Shown here piece by piece: positions 55,442-64,000 of a DNA stretch of 64,000 nucleotides. A program made the position numbers and the translations under genes. Location of the stretch: assembly GCA_964520195.1 (NCBI GenBank), contig CAZFNX010000001.1:34421-98420 (forward strand), read 5' to 3'. Under the pieces are notes generated by a model that saw only the letters and a list, made by a program, of their open reading frames with translations, was not told the origin of the DNA and searched no databases. Positions within the stretch are counted from its first letter, which is position 1. Every line of letters begins with the position of its first letter. The stretch comes from an uncultured Candidatus Saccharibacteria bacterium. Lineage in GTDB: Bacteria > Patescibacteriota > Minisyncoccia > Phycocordibacterales > CAIZLB01.

Positions 55442-57379
55442 ATGGCCTACTCTCATCATAAAACCCTTAAAAGCATACTTATTCTATTTTTTGCTATGTT
55501 TGGAGTTTTGATTGCAATGTCTGCTGTCTATGTGTTGTACGGTACATCATCATCTGGACCAACTATTGGGCAAATATTTAATGCGAATGCACCTGTGTCA
55601 GATTCAAATCCAACACAATCTTCATATCCGTGTTGGCATGTTGATAATGTCGCAACTACAACTGATGATCATGGTGTATATACTACAGGCCTCAGACTGT
55701 TTGTTCAGCAAGTCTATGATAAACCTGATGCATCGAGTACGTGTCCTGCAACATTTCCAGTTATCTCATACATAGAGGATGGTGTAGTTTCTTCTGGTGT
55801 ATATGCAGGGTATCATCGTGTAATAGGATTCCGTACATGGGATGGACCGTATGGTGATATACCAACTCCATATTTTTTTATTACTAAAGATTATAAGACA
55901 TATAAGATTGTAACTCATCCTTTAACACAAGAGCCTCTTGGGTATGGGAAAACTGTAGCGTCTCATCTTGCTGCGTTTCAGGCTATAGTTGATGCACGTA
56001 AGGTTACAGGATTGGCGGATGATATCAAGGATAAGATTAATTTTTCATTCGCTCATACTCTCCCTATGGGATCATTGACATATGTCTTGACACGGATTAA
56101 CACGGAGCTTGGTACATCATCAGCTCTTTTAGGTACAACATCACAAGGTTATGAAATATACAGTGATGTGCTGGACTCTAGTAAAAGTTTTGGCACATAT
56201 GCGTCATCAAGTGACGCTGCTATATTTGCGCGTTTGCGTGATTATTATGTTGGTACAACAAAGATATACGTACGTAATACATCTGGTATAGTTGCTGAAT
56301 ACAAACTCACACTTCCGACTAAAAAAATACTTCCTCGTGATGCCTATGCGTACCCTAGTTTGTTATATGCAGAAGATATTAAAACAAAAGAGTCTATATT
56401 TGATGAATATAATCAGGTGACTCCAACTCCATGTGGTATGAGTCCTGATATGTATGTAGCTCAAAACATTGCAGATGCTGATGTTAGAAAGATAGGAACA
56501 CATACTACAGGATTACAGTTGTATACATTTACAGATGTAAATCATCCTATACTGACCGCTGAGTATAAAGAAAAGATTAGTCAATACGATAAGACTATAT
56601 TTGGAGAGTTAAATAACAATGCTCCAATACCAACATATGCAGAGTACGTAGCAAAACATCCAGTACTCTTGTTTAAAGATGCATGGAATCGATGGGTGGT
56701 AGTGGGTGAGTATGATTATAAACTTGATGGTGGTTGTGGAAAGCCTGTTATATATCTATATCCAAAAACAACTACAAATGTTCGGGTGAATTTTAAACAT
56801 GTAGTACAGCTCACTACAGATATTCCAGAATATTCATACGGTATGTTTACAGGATGGTCAGTACAAGCAGAGCCTGATGGAACATTGCATGATGTGTCTA
56901 TTGAAGCTCAGGATAAGGATGTGTGTGATCAATACAAAAAATCTCACCCTGGAAGTGAATATGCATTAGATGCATGTAAGCAAAATGAGTATCCGTATAT
57001 ATATTGGGCAGGAAATACATTTGAAACATATCCAAGTATGAAAGAAGGGTTTGTGGTTCGTGCAAAAAATCTTAAAAAGACATTGGAAGAGAAACTTACA
57101 CAGATTGGGTTGACTGATTCAGAGATTAACGACATGGTCTCATATTGGTATCCAGAAATGATGCAAAAAAATGCTCCATTTTATAGAATTTCTTTTATGC
57201 AAACTCAGGCACTCAATACGTTTATACCAATGAATATTATTCCTCGTCCGGATACTATGATTCGTGTATTTTTGGATTGGGAACCGCTTCGAGAATCTAT
57301 TCCGTTGGCACCACAACAACTTGTCAAGACTCCTCGTCAAGGGTTTACATATGTTGAGTGGGGAGGACTTAGACGATAG
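55442..57379 (+). CDS. large membrane-anchored/secreted hypothetical protein (about 645 aa)
   Basis: N-terminal TM/signal anchor (ILILFFAMFGVLIAMSAVYVLY). The remainder is predicted extracytoplasmic, with conserved Cys pairs and no domain recognised. Its stop abuts the ABC gene start. Confidence 0.5.
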   Translation: MAYSHHKTLKSILILFFAMFGVLIAMSAVYVLYGTSSSGPTIGQIFNANAPVSDSNPTQSSYPCWHVDNVATTTDDHGVYTTGLRLFVQQVYDKPDASSTCPATFPVISYIEDGVVSSGVYAGYHRVIGFRTWDGPYGDIPTPYFFITKDYKTYKIVTHPLTQEPLGYGKTVASHLAAFQAIVDARKVTGLADDIKDKINFSFAHTLPMGSLTYVLTRINTELGTSSALLGTTSQGYEIYSDVLDSSKSFGTYASSSDAAIFARLRDYYVGTTKIYVRNTSGIVAEYKLTLPTKKILPRDAYAYPSLLYAEDIKTKESIFDEYNQVTPTPCGMSPDMYVAQNIADADVRKIGTHTTGLQLYTFTDVNHPILTAEYKEKISQYDKTIFGELNNNAPIPTYAEYVAKHPVLLFKDAWNRWVVVGEYDYKLDGGCGKPVIYLYPKTTTNVRVNFKHVVQLTTDIPEYSYGMFTGWSVQAEPDGTLHDVSIEAQDKDVCDQYKKSHPGSEYALDACKQNEYPYIYWAGNTFETYPSMKEGFVVRAKNLKKTLEEKLTQIGLTDSEINDMVSYWYPEMMQKNAPFYRISFMQTQALNTFIPMNIIPRPDTMIRVFLDWEPLRESIPLAPQQLVKTPRQGFTYVEWGGLRR

Positions 57380-59155
57380 ATGAATGGTTGTGTAACTATA
57401 TGTGTAGATATACGTTATATACAGTATATGTTTCAGAAAACTAAAAGACTATTTGAGCCAACACTGCATACGAAAAAAGCTTCTCTTAAGGCAATGATAG
57501 AGGCTGCTGTTGGATATGTAAATTATGACACATTGCCTATATTTGTTATTCCATATCTTATCTCTCTTCTTGAAAAACAATTATATCACTATGCGCTTAT
57601 TGTTTGTGCTATAACTTTTACTGGACATTGTTTTTTTTGGTTTTTAAATTATTTGATACGTGTTTGGGATATGTCAGCAAAATATGAGATGAATGCATAC
57701 ATAGAAAAAAAGTATCGTAAGCAAATACTCTTAAAAGATCATAAAGCTTTCGATCTTATTGGTACCGGTAAGGTTCAATCAATTGTGCAAAAAGGTGTAG
57801 ATGAGTGGTCTGAGTTGAATTGGCAGGTAATATATCAGATTCCTAAACTATGTGTTGGAATAGCTTCTGGAATCTATGTCATGTTTAAGTTTGATACTGT
57901 TTATCTTGTTGCTTTTATTGGACTTATGCTTGTTTCATTTTCTTTGTATACGTATTTAAAAATATTAAAGAAGGTATATAAAGAAAAGTCTAATAACGTT
58001 GATGATAGTATGAATGCAACATCTGTACGAAGTATTATGTCAAGACAAGAAGTTGTGTTTTCCGGTAAAGTTGATATAGAGGTTGATAACTTTATTGCAC
58101 TTAATAATCAAAGTAAGATTTTTAGTTTACAAGCTGAAAAACCTGATTATCTTGCAGATGTAATCCTTGAAGCATCAGGACCGGTTATTTCTTTTATATT
58201 TGTAGGTTGTATATTGTGGCAACATATATCTACTAATAGTTTATCTACTCTTGATATTGCATCGCTTATATTTCTGATATATTTTGCTACACGATTCGTG
58301 GCTCTTATGTATAACACGTCGTGGATTATTTCAAACATTCTTGATCGTCTACCAAAAATAGAAGCGTTTTGGAAATTCTTGGATACTACACCAAATCTTG
58401 AGCAATATGAAAAAGGTGATATATTTGTTCAGAAAAATATTTCCATAGAACTCAAAGATGTGTTCTTTTCATATGGTGAGAAAAAAGTTTTAGATAATTT
58501 TTCATTACACATTCCTTATGGAAAAAAGATTGCATTAGTTGGAAAAAGTGGTTCAGGAAAAACTACCATTGCAAAACTTATTACAGGATATATGTATGTT
58601 GATAGTGGCACGATTCTTATTGATGAACAAGATATACGAGATGTTTCTTTAAAATCCTACTACACCCATATTGGGTATCTAACTCAGGAACCTATGATAT
58701 TTGATGGTTCTGTAAAAGAAAACTTACTGTATGCAGTGGAAGATATTTCACATATAACAGACGAGATGTTGTGGAGTGTATTAAAGGCTGCACAGTGTGA
58801 TTTTGTAACAGATCTCAATACACAAATAGGAGAGAAGGGTATACGTCTTTCTGGTGGCGAACGACAACGATTAGCTATTGCAAAACTCATGCTTAAAAAT
58901 CCAGAGATTGTTATTTTAGATGAGCCCACCTCAGCACTGGATTCGTTTTCAGAGGAGAAGATTACTCAAGCGCTTGATGTGTTGTTTACAGGAAGAACGG
59001 TGATTATTATTGCTCATAGGCTACAGACCATTAAAAAAGCTGACACTATTCTTGTGATTGAGGAGGGGAAGATTATAGAAGAGGGAAAGCATGACGTGTT
59101 GATGAATAAGAAGGGGACGTACTATAAAATGGTGGAGTTGCAGAGTGGATTTTAG
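57380..59155 (+). CDS. ABC exporter, fused permease-ATPase (type I, 6 TM + NBD)
   Basis: Walker A GKSGSGKTT, signature LSGGERQRLAIA, Walker B ILDEPTSALD. No C39 peptidase domain. Confidence 0.85.
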   Translation: MNGCVTICVDIRYIQYMFQKTKRLFEPTLHTKKASLKAMIEAAVGYVNYDTLPIFVIPYLISLLEKQLYHYALIVCAITFTGHCFFWFLNYLIRVWDMSAKYEMNAYIEKKYRKQILLKDHKAFDLIGTGKVQSIVQKGVDEWSELNWQVIYQIPKLCVGIASGIYVMFKFDTVYLVAFIGLMLVSFSLYTYLKILKKVYKEKSNNVDDSMNATSVRSIMSRQEVVFSGKVDIEVDNFIALNNQSKIFSLQAEKPDYLADVILEASGPVISFIFVGCILWQHISTNSLSTLDIASLIFLIYFATRFVALMYNTSWIISNILDRLPKIEAFWKFLDTTPNLEQYEKGDIFVQKNISIELKDVFFSYGEKKVLDNFSLHIPYGKKIALVGKSGSGKTTIAKLITGYMYVDSGTILIDEQDIRDVSLKSYYTHIGYLTQEPMIFDGSVKENLLYAVEDISHITDEMLWSVLKAAQCDFVTDLNTQIGEKGIRLSGGERQRLAIAKLMLKNPEIVILDEPTSALDSFSEEKITQALDVLFTGRTVIIIAHRLQTIKKADTILVIEEGKIIEEGKHDVLMNKKGTYYKMVELQSGF

Positions 59156-59196
59156 GAGGCTTTGTTGCACTTGTGATAAACTTAGGATTATTAATT

Positions 59197-60108
59197 ATGA
59201 TTAATCCTTCAGATAAAAAGAAATATGTATTATTTATTGACGAATCAGGTAAATCAAAACTTGGTGATGTTGGGGATAAATTTTTACTCTCATCTGTAAT
59301 TATAGAAAAGAATTTACACGAAGCCTTATCGGGTTTTATGATCTCTCTTAAGAGAAAAAATAATATTCCAACAGATGTAAATATTCATGCATATGATTTG
59401 TTTGAAAAAGAAGATGTATCTGATGTTAATCTGAAAAATAGTGAAATTAATTACTTTTTTGAACATTTTATTCATTTAGTTCGGGGTACAGAAATGAGAT
59501 GTATATTATATGAGACAGATAAAAGGCCTTTTGTAGAAAGAATTAATAAAAGAGCAAAGAAAACAAATAGTACAGAAAAAGCAATTTTTCGATATCTTAA
59601 ATCAAAAGGAAATCATGACATCCTGTATGAAATTTTAACAGCAAAAATTATTTTAGATTTTGGAAAGTTTCTACATAAAGAAGATGCTATAGGTGAGGTT
59701 GTTGTTGAATCCAGAAGACAGGATGATGGAGCGGTTTTAGGTGGCTTTATGTTGGCAACAGAAAGGACAAAATATATTAAAAACAAGAATTATAAATATT
59801 ATTCAGAGAGTGCTTTTAATCGTATTACTACATTATCTTTTCAAAATAAAAAGGGTTTGAGTTTTGGATTAGAGCTCTCAGATCTGTTTGCTTGGGCAAA
59901 GTGGAATGCTGGAGGTTTACAGAAAAAACCAGAATCAAAGGCTAAAGAAAAAAGAATTACAGATAAAATAAAAGAAGTAATTAAAGTCTTAATTGATCAT
60001 AAAGTTAAAGCACTCGAAGATGTAACAATAACATCTTCGAGTGCTGTGGGTGGTTATAGGGTTTCCGAATTTATTAATTATCTTAATGAATATAAAAAGA
60101 TTAATTAA
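59197..60108 (+). CDS. DUF3800-family protein
   Basis: N-terminal YVLFIDESGKS and distal LELSDLFAWAKWNA match the DUF3800 hallmark motifs. AT-rich gene. Confidence 0.5.
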   Translation: MINPSDKKKYVLFIDESGKSKLGDVGDKFLLSSVIIEKNLHEALSGFMISLKRKNNIPTDVNIHAYDLFEKEDVSDVNLKNSEINYFFEHFIHLVRGTEMRCILYETDKRPFVERINKRAKKTNSTEKAIFRYLKSKGNHDILYEILTAKIILDFGKFLHKEDAIGEVVVESRRQDDGAVLGGFMLATERTKYIKNKNYKYYSESAFNRITTLSFQNKKGLSFGLELSDLFAWAKWNAGGLQKKPESKAKEKRITDKIKEVIKVLIDHKVKALEDVTITSSSAVGGYRVSEFINYLNEYKKIN

Positions 60109-60229
60109 TTCGGGGACCCCACAAAGTAACCTTTGTGAGCCTTGTATATCATTGTACTATTTTGTAGTTAGTTATGCAAGTTTTATGAATCCATACAAAT
60201 TCCCTTAATCCTGTGCTATATTTACCAAC

Positions 60230-62626
60230 ATGACTCCAGCAGATAATCATTTCTATAATCATAAAAAACAAGACGCCCTATGGCTTAAACAGTGGGCCAA
60301 AGACGATATTTACAAAGCCGCACAGTCTTCTACAAAGAAGAAAATGTATGTGCTTGATATGTTTCCATATCCATCTGGTGCAGGGCTCCATGTGGGGCAT
60401 CCGAGAGGATATATAGCTAGTGATGTGTATGCTCGTATGAAGCGTATGCAAGGGTACAATGTACTTCATCCTATGGGATATGATGCTTTTGGGTTACCTG
60501 CAGAACAGTATGCTATTAAAAACAAGGTACACCCTCGAAAGGCAGTTGAAATCAATGTGAAGACTTTTGAAAAACAACTCGAAAGTATTGGTCTTTCATT
60601 TGATTGGTCACGACGTATCAATACAACTGATCCTGAGTATTACAAATGGACACAGTGGATCTTTTTAAAGCTGTATGATTCTTGGTATGATGAGAAAAAA
60701 CAAAAAGCTCGACCCATCAAAGAGCTTGTAGAGATTCTTGCAAAAAAAGACAAGGCCTGGAAAACGTACAATAAAAAAACAAAGCAAGATATTCTTATGA
60801 ATCATCGTCTTGCCTATGAAGGGTATAGTGAAGTGAACTGGTGTCCTGAACTTGGTACTGTGCTTGCAAATGATGAAGTTATTGATGGAAAAAGTGAACG
60901 AGGTGGTTTCCCTGTGGAAAAGAAAATCATGCGTCAATGGTTTATGCGTATTAGTGCATATGCTGACAGACTTTTAAGTGGACTTGATGGATTAGACTGG
61001 TCAGATCATATAAAAACTATTCAGAGAAATTGGATCGGGAAAAGTGAGGGATATGAAGTAACGTTTCAAGTTGTTGGTGCTCACGCAAAGTCAGTAGAGC
61101 CTATTACCGTATACACAACAAGACTAGATACACTTTCAGGTATGACATTTGCTGTTGTTTCAAAAGATCATCCATTTGCAAAAAATTATATAGAACAAAC
61201 TAAGCATTGGATTGTTGATCCTGAAAATCAACATACAACAGAGAAAAAAGGTATTCTTATTGATGGTATTCAAGTGTTGCATCCTGATACAAAAAAACAA
61301 CTTCCTATATACGTGACTAACTATGTTATATCAACATATGGAACTGGTGCTGTTATGGGTGTGCCTGATATGGATGAACGAGATTATGCATTTGCAGAAA
61401 AATATAATATATCTGTGACAAAAGTTGTCTTCGAAGACGCGGCAAAGATTGCAAAAAGAATCGGCGCAAAAAAAGTTTCAAAATATAAAATGCGAGATGC
61501 TGTCTTTGCGCGTCAGAGATATTGGGGAGAGCCAATACCACTTCGTCACGACAAAGATGGTGTGATTACACCTCTTAAAAATACAGAATTACCACTCACA
61601 CTTCCTAATGTTTCTTCATATGCTCCAACAGGAACAGGTGAATCACCACTTGCTGGAATCAAGTCATGGGTCAAAGAAGGATTAGAGACAAACACTATGC
61701 CAGGATGGGCGGGATCAAGTTGGTACTTTTTACGATACATGGATCCTACTAACAAGTCGGCGCTTGCAAGTAAAAAAGCTATTGATACTTGGAAACAAGT
61801 TGATATGTATGTTGGTGGGGCAGAGCATGCGACAGGTCACCTACTATACTCACGATTTTGGAATAAGTTTTTGTATGATATAGGTATTGCAAAAACAGAT
61901 GAACCGTTTAAGGCTCTTCGAAATCAAGGTATGATCCTTGGTCCAGATAATAGAAAAATGAGTAAGAGTTGGGGTAATGTTATCAATCCAGATGAATGTA
62001 TTGCTACATATGGTGTAGATGCCTTTCGAATGTATGAGATGTTTATTGGTCCATTTGATGCAAGTATGCCTTGGTCAACTGAAAGTATTATCGGTACACG
62101 TAGATTTGTTGATAGAGTGTATAGACTTCATGAAAAAGTTCTTGCTCAGGATATCAGTGTCAAGAGTGATGTCAAGGTTGTCTCACAGTTACATAAAACT
62201 ATTCAAAAAGTTACTTCTGATATAGAAAGCTTTAACTTTAACACTGCTGTTTCTGCGTATATGATTTTGTTAAATACAATAGAGGAGGGGACTATATCGA
62301 GAAGTGATTTTGAAATATGTATTACCCTACTTGCTCCATTTGCAATATCTATATCTGAAACTATATGGAAAAAACTAGGACACACAGACTCTGTGCATCT
62401 TGCTCCATGGCCAAAGTACAATGCTAAAAAAGTTGTTGAAGAATCTGTAACTGTTGGTATTCAGGTTAATGGAAAACTACGAGGAGAGATAGAAGTGACT
62501 GCGTCTGATGAAGAGAAAGATGTTATTGCAAAAGCATTGACCATTGTAGCTACACATGTACAAGGTAAAGAGATTAAAAAAACTATTTACGTGAAAAATA
62601 AAATAGTAAGTATTGTGGTGGGGTAG
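60230..62626 (+). CDS. leuS: leucyl-tRNA synthetase
   Basis: MFPYPSGAGLHVGHPRGY (HIGH), KMSKS, and a CP1 editing insertion. 798 aa. Confidence 0.95.
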   Translation: MTPADNHFYNHKKQDALWLKQWAKDDIYKAAQSSTKKKMYVLDMFPYPSGAGLHVGHPRGYIASDVYARMKRMQGYNVLHPMGYDAFGLPAEQYAIKNKVHPRKAVEINVKTFEKQLESIGLSFDWSRRINTTDPEYYKWTQWIFLKLYDSWYDEKKQKARPIKELVEILAKKDKAWKTYNKKTKQDILMNHRLAYEGYSEVNWCPELGTVLANDEVIDGKSERGGFPVEKKIMRQWFMRISAYADRLLSGLDGLDWSDHIKTIQRNWIGKSEGYEVTFQVVGAHAKSVEPITVYTTRLDTLSGMTFAVVSKDHPFAKNYIEQTKHWIVDPENQHTTEKKGILIDGIQVLHPDTKKQLPIYVTNYVISTYGTGAVMGVPDMDERDYAFAEKYNISVTKVVFEDAAKIAKRIGAKKVSKYKMRDAVFARQRYWGEPIPLRHDKDGVITPLKNTELPLTLPNVSSYAPTGTGESPLAGIKSWVKEGLETNTMPGWAGSSWYFLRYMDPTNKSALASKKAIDTWKQVDMYVGGAEHATGHLLYSRFWNKFLYDIGIAKTDEPFKALRNQGMILGPDNRKMSKSWGNVINPDECIATYGVDAFRMYEMFIGPFDASMPWSTESIIGTRRFVDRVYRLHEKVLAQDISVKSDVKVVSQLHKTIQKVTSDIESFNFNTAVSAYMILLNTIEEGTISRSDFEICITLLAPFAISISETIWKKLGHTDSVHLAPWPKYNAKKVVEESVTVGIQVNGKLRGEIEVTASDEEKDVIAKALTIVATHVQGKEIKKTIYVKNKIVSIVVG

Positions 62627-62648
62627 GGTTATATGAGATACTTATGTC

Positions 62649-63119
62649 ATGCACAACACTGTTGATATACATATTGAGGAAATAGACCTGAAAGAACATC
62701 CACATAAGTTAGAAGAATTTCAAACCACTGAATGGGCATTGTCTGATACTGAACATTTTGGAGAAGTGTTGAGTGACTATAGTAAAAAAAAGTTTCTCTA
62801 TGTTGCGCGACAAGATGATAAGATAGTTGCATATATTGCTCTTGAGACAAATCTAGGTGTTGCTACTATCGATGTTGTGATTGTAAAACTTTCAGAAAGA
62901 GGACAGGGAATAGGTAAGGAGTTGATTAAGTTTGTGATTGAAAAGGCGCGCAAGAAAGAATGTCACGTGATCAAGCTTGAGACAGGGGTGAGTTGGAAAG
63001 CTCGACTTGTATATGAAAAACTAGGATTTAAGATTCGAGCCGTGCTTCCAAACTACTATGGAAATCAAGAATACGTTCTTATGGATATGAAGTTACAGGA
63101 GAATCCGTATGATAACTAA
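62649..63119 (+). CDS. GNAT family N-acetyltransferase
   Basis: Motif A ...SERGQGIGKELIKFVIEKARKK... Confidence 0.75.
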   Translation: MHNTVDIHIEEIDLKEHPHKLEEFQTTEWALSDTEHFGEVLSDYSKKKFLYVARQDDKIVAYIALETNLGVATIDVVIVKLSERGQGIGKELIKFVIEKARKKECHVIKLETGVSWKARLVYEKLGFKIRAVLPNYYGNQEYVLMDMKLQENPYDN

Positions 63120-63131
63120 AAAAGTCAAAAG

Positions 63132-63169
63132 AAAAAAACTAGCAGTCCATCACTAATGCTAGTTTTTTT
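63132..63169 (+). terminator. family-1 hairpin, first of a tandem triplet (stem AAAAAAACTAGC/GCTAGTTTTTTT, loop AGTCCATCACTAAT)
   Basis: Perfect 12-bp stem plus a T-run directly after the GNAT stop. Confidence 0.7.
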
Positions 63170-63190
63170 CTTTTTCCTTTTTCAAAATTC

Positions 63191-63216
63191 GATTTAAAGC
63201 AGTCCATCACTAAATC
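63191..63216 (+). repeat. family-1 hairpin, second copy (short stem GATTTA/TAAATC, loop ...AGTCCATCAC)
   Basis: Partial motif copy within a 6-bp-stem hairpin. Confidence 0.45.
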
Positions 63217-63226
63217 TAAAACACGA

Positions 63227-63262
63227 AAAATCACAACCGTCCATCATGAATGTTGTGATGTT
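63227..63262 (+). terminator. family-1 hairpin, third copy (stem ATCACAAC/GTTGTGAT, loop CGTCCATCATGAAT)
   Basis: 8-bp stem followed by GTTTTGTTTTT. Confidence 0.6.
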
Positions 63263-63305
63263 TTGTTTTTAGATTTCAAAGAAACGTGATATATTGAGTT
63301 GTATT

Positions 63306-63764
63306 ATGGAAACATTACAACAAACAATAAAATCACAAATTAAAGAAGCCATGATGGCTAAAGATGCTGTACGACTGACAGTTGTACGAGGGTTATCTTC
63401 TGCTATGACAAATGAACTCGTTACAAAAGGACGTATGCCTACAGACGCTCTCTCTGATGAGGAAGTGCTTGCGGTTATTCGACGACAAGTTAAACAACGA
63501 AAAGATGCTATTGATCAGTTTATAACAGGAGGACGACCTGAGCTTGCAGAGAGTGAACAAGCTGAGCTTGCTATTCTTGAGGCCTATCTTCCAGCGATGA
63601 TGTCTGAGGCAGATGTTCGCACAGCTGTTCTTGCAAAACAAACAGCCATGGGTATTACTGACAAAAAAGATGCAAATAAACTTATGGCAGAAGTCATGAA
63701 AGATCTTAAAGGGAAGGCAGATGGTACAGTTGTAAAAGCTGTAGTTGACGGATTGTTTGCATAA
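63306..63764 (+). CDS. yqeY: GatB/YqeY-domain protein
   Basis: LTVVRGLSSAMTNELV...AELAILEAYLP is the YqeY pattern. The track ORF starts at 63294; the Met at 63306 is the likely start. Confidence 0.7.
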   Translation: METLQQTIKSQIKEAMMAKDAVRLTVVRGLSSAMTNELVTKGRMPTDALSDEEVLAVIRRQVKQRKDAIDQFITGGRPELAESEQAELAILEAYLPAMMSEADVRTAVLAKQTAMGITDKKDANKLMAEVMKDLKGKADGTVVKAVVDGLFA

Positions 63765-63792
63765 CGTATTGTTTGGTTCAGTAGGAAAAAAT

Positions 63793-63830
63793 AAAAAACT
63801 CAACATTCGTGATGGACGGTTGAGTTTTTT
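63793..63830 (-). terminator. family-1 hairpin, reverse orientation (stem AAAAAACTCAAC/GTTGAGTTTTTT; minus strand reads CGTCCATCACGAAT)
   Basis: Perfect 12-bp stem with T-runs. It probably terminates a minus-strand gene whose 3' end enters the window at about 63843-64000. Confidence 0.65.
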
Positions 63831-64000
63831 TATTTTTGATTTATTAATATCTCACTTCAAACTTGCCACTTGCTCCGTCTAAACTTTTAACTGTTCTATA
63901 GGGTATGTAGGTGACAGGGTCTGTTGAATCTGTTGGATACTCGGCTTTATATATATGGTAGGCAAGATCGAGTTCTGAGCCGTTAATATGTTCCTCTGTG

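Noticed and set aside
63132-63262. Three tandem hairpins as a possible mini-CRISPR array
   Set aside because: The units are 26-38 nt with different stem sequences and irregular spacing (about 22 and 10 nt). The only conserved part is the loop, and there are no cas genes. They are terminator-like hairpins, not CRISPR repeats.
63294-63764. Second gatB gene
   Set aside because: Only the C-terminal GatB/YqeY helical domain is present (156 aa). It is the stand-alone YqeY family, not an amidotransferase subunit.

Overview
This is a gene-dense, AT-rich bacterial chromosomal window, visibly well under 40% GC with short intergenic spacers. It is dominated by housekeeping genes. On the + strand: obg, gatB, lysS, trpS, a dcw fragment (mraZ-rsmH-ftsL-ftsI), pyk, radC, rsmI, uvrA, proS, an SMC-like ATPase, pth, rplU, leuS. 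On the - strand: efp, rlmH, rnr, lepB, rpsA-like, rpmA, recR, dnaB, trxB, ftsZ, ftsA, ybeY, rpsU. There is one tRNA-Val(GAC). Many proteins are short or domain-reduced: ProRS lacks the editing insertion, the SMC has no recognisable hinge, and S1 has four domains. This suggests a reduced-genome lineage (inference only). The most interesting candidates are listed here. (1) A family of terminator-like hairpins whose stems vary but whose 14-nt loop, containing GTCCATCAC, is conserved; there are 8 copies, including a tandem triplet. Two further conserved hairpin families also occur. (2) A compact predicted small-molecule or peptide-ligase locus at 28.5-34.4 kb, encoding an APH-like kinase, a class-I aminotransferase, two ATP-grasp ligases, a NUDIX hydrolase and an unknown protein. 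It sits next to a GC-rich, apparently horizontally acquired alpha/beta-hydrolase gene. (3) Tandem att-like duplications of the tRNA-Val 3' end, flanked by AT-rich orphan genes. (4) A canonical MraZ operator made of four 10-bp-phased AAAGTGG boxes. (5) A solitary MazF/PemK-like toxin gene with no room for an antitoxin. (6) A ~1.2-kb non-coding, GC-rich, highly structured region between rpmA and rplU that I could not assign to any known RNA class. No CRISPR array, rRNA or recognisable transposase/integrase gene was seen.
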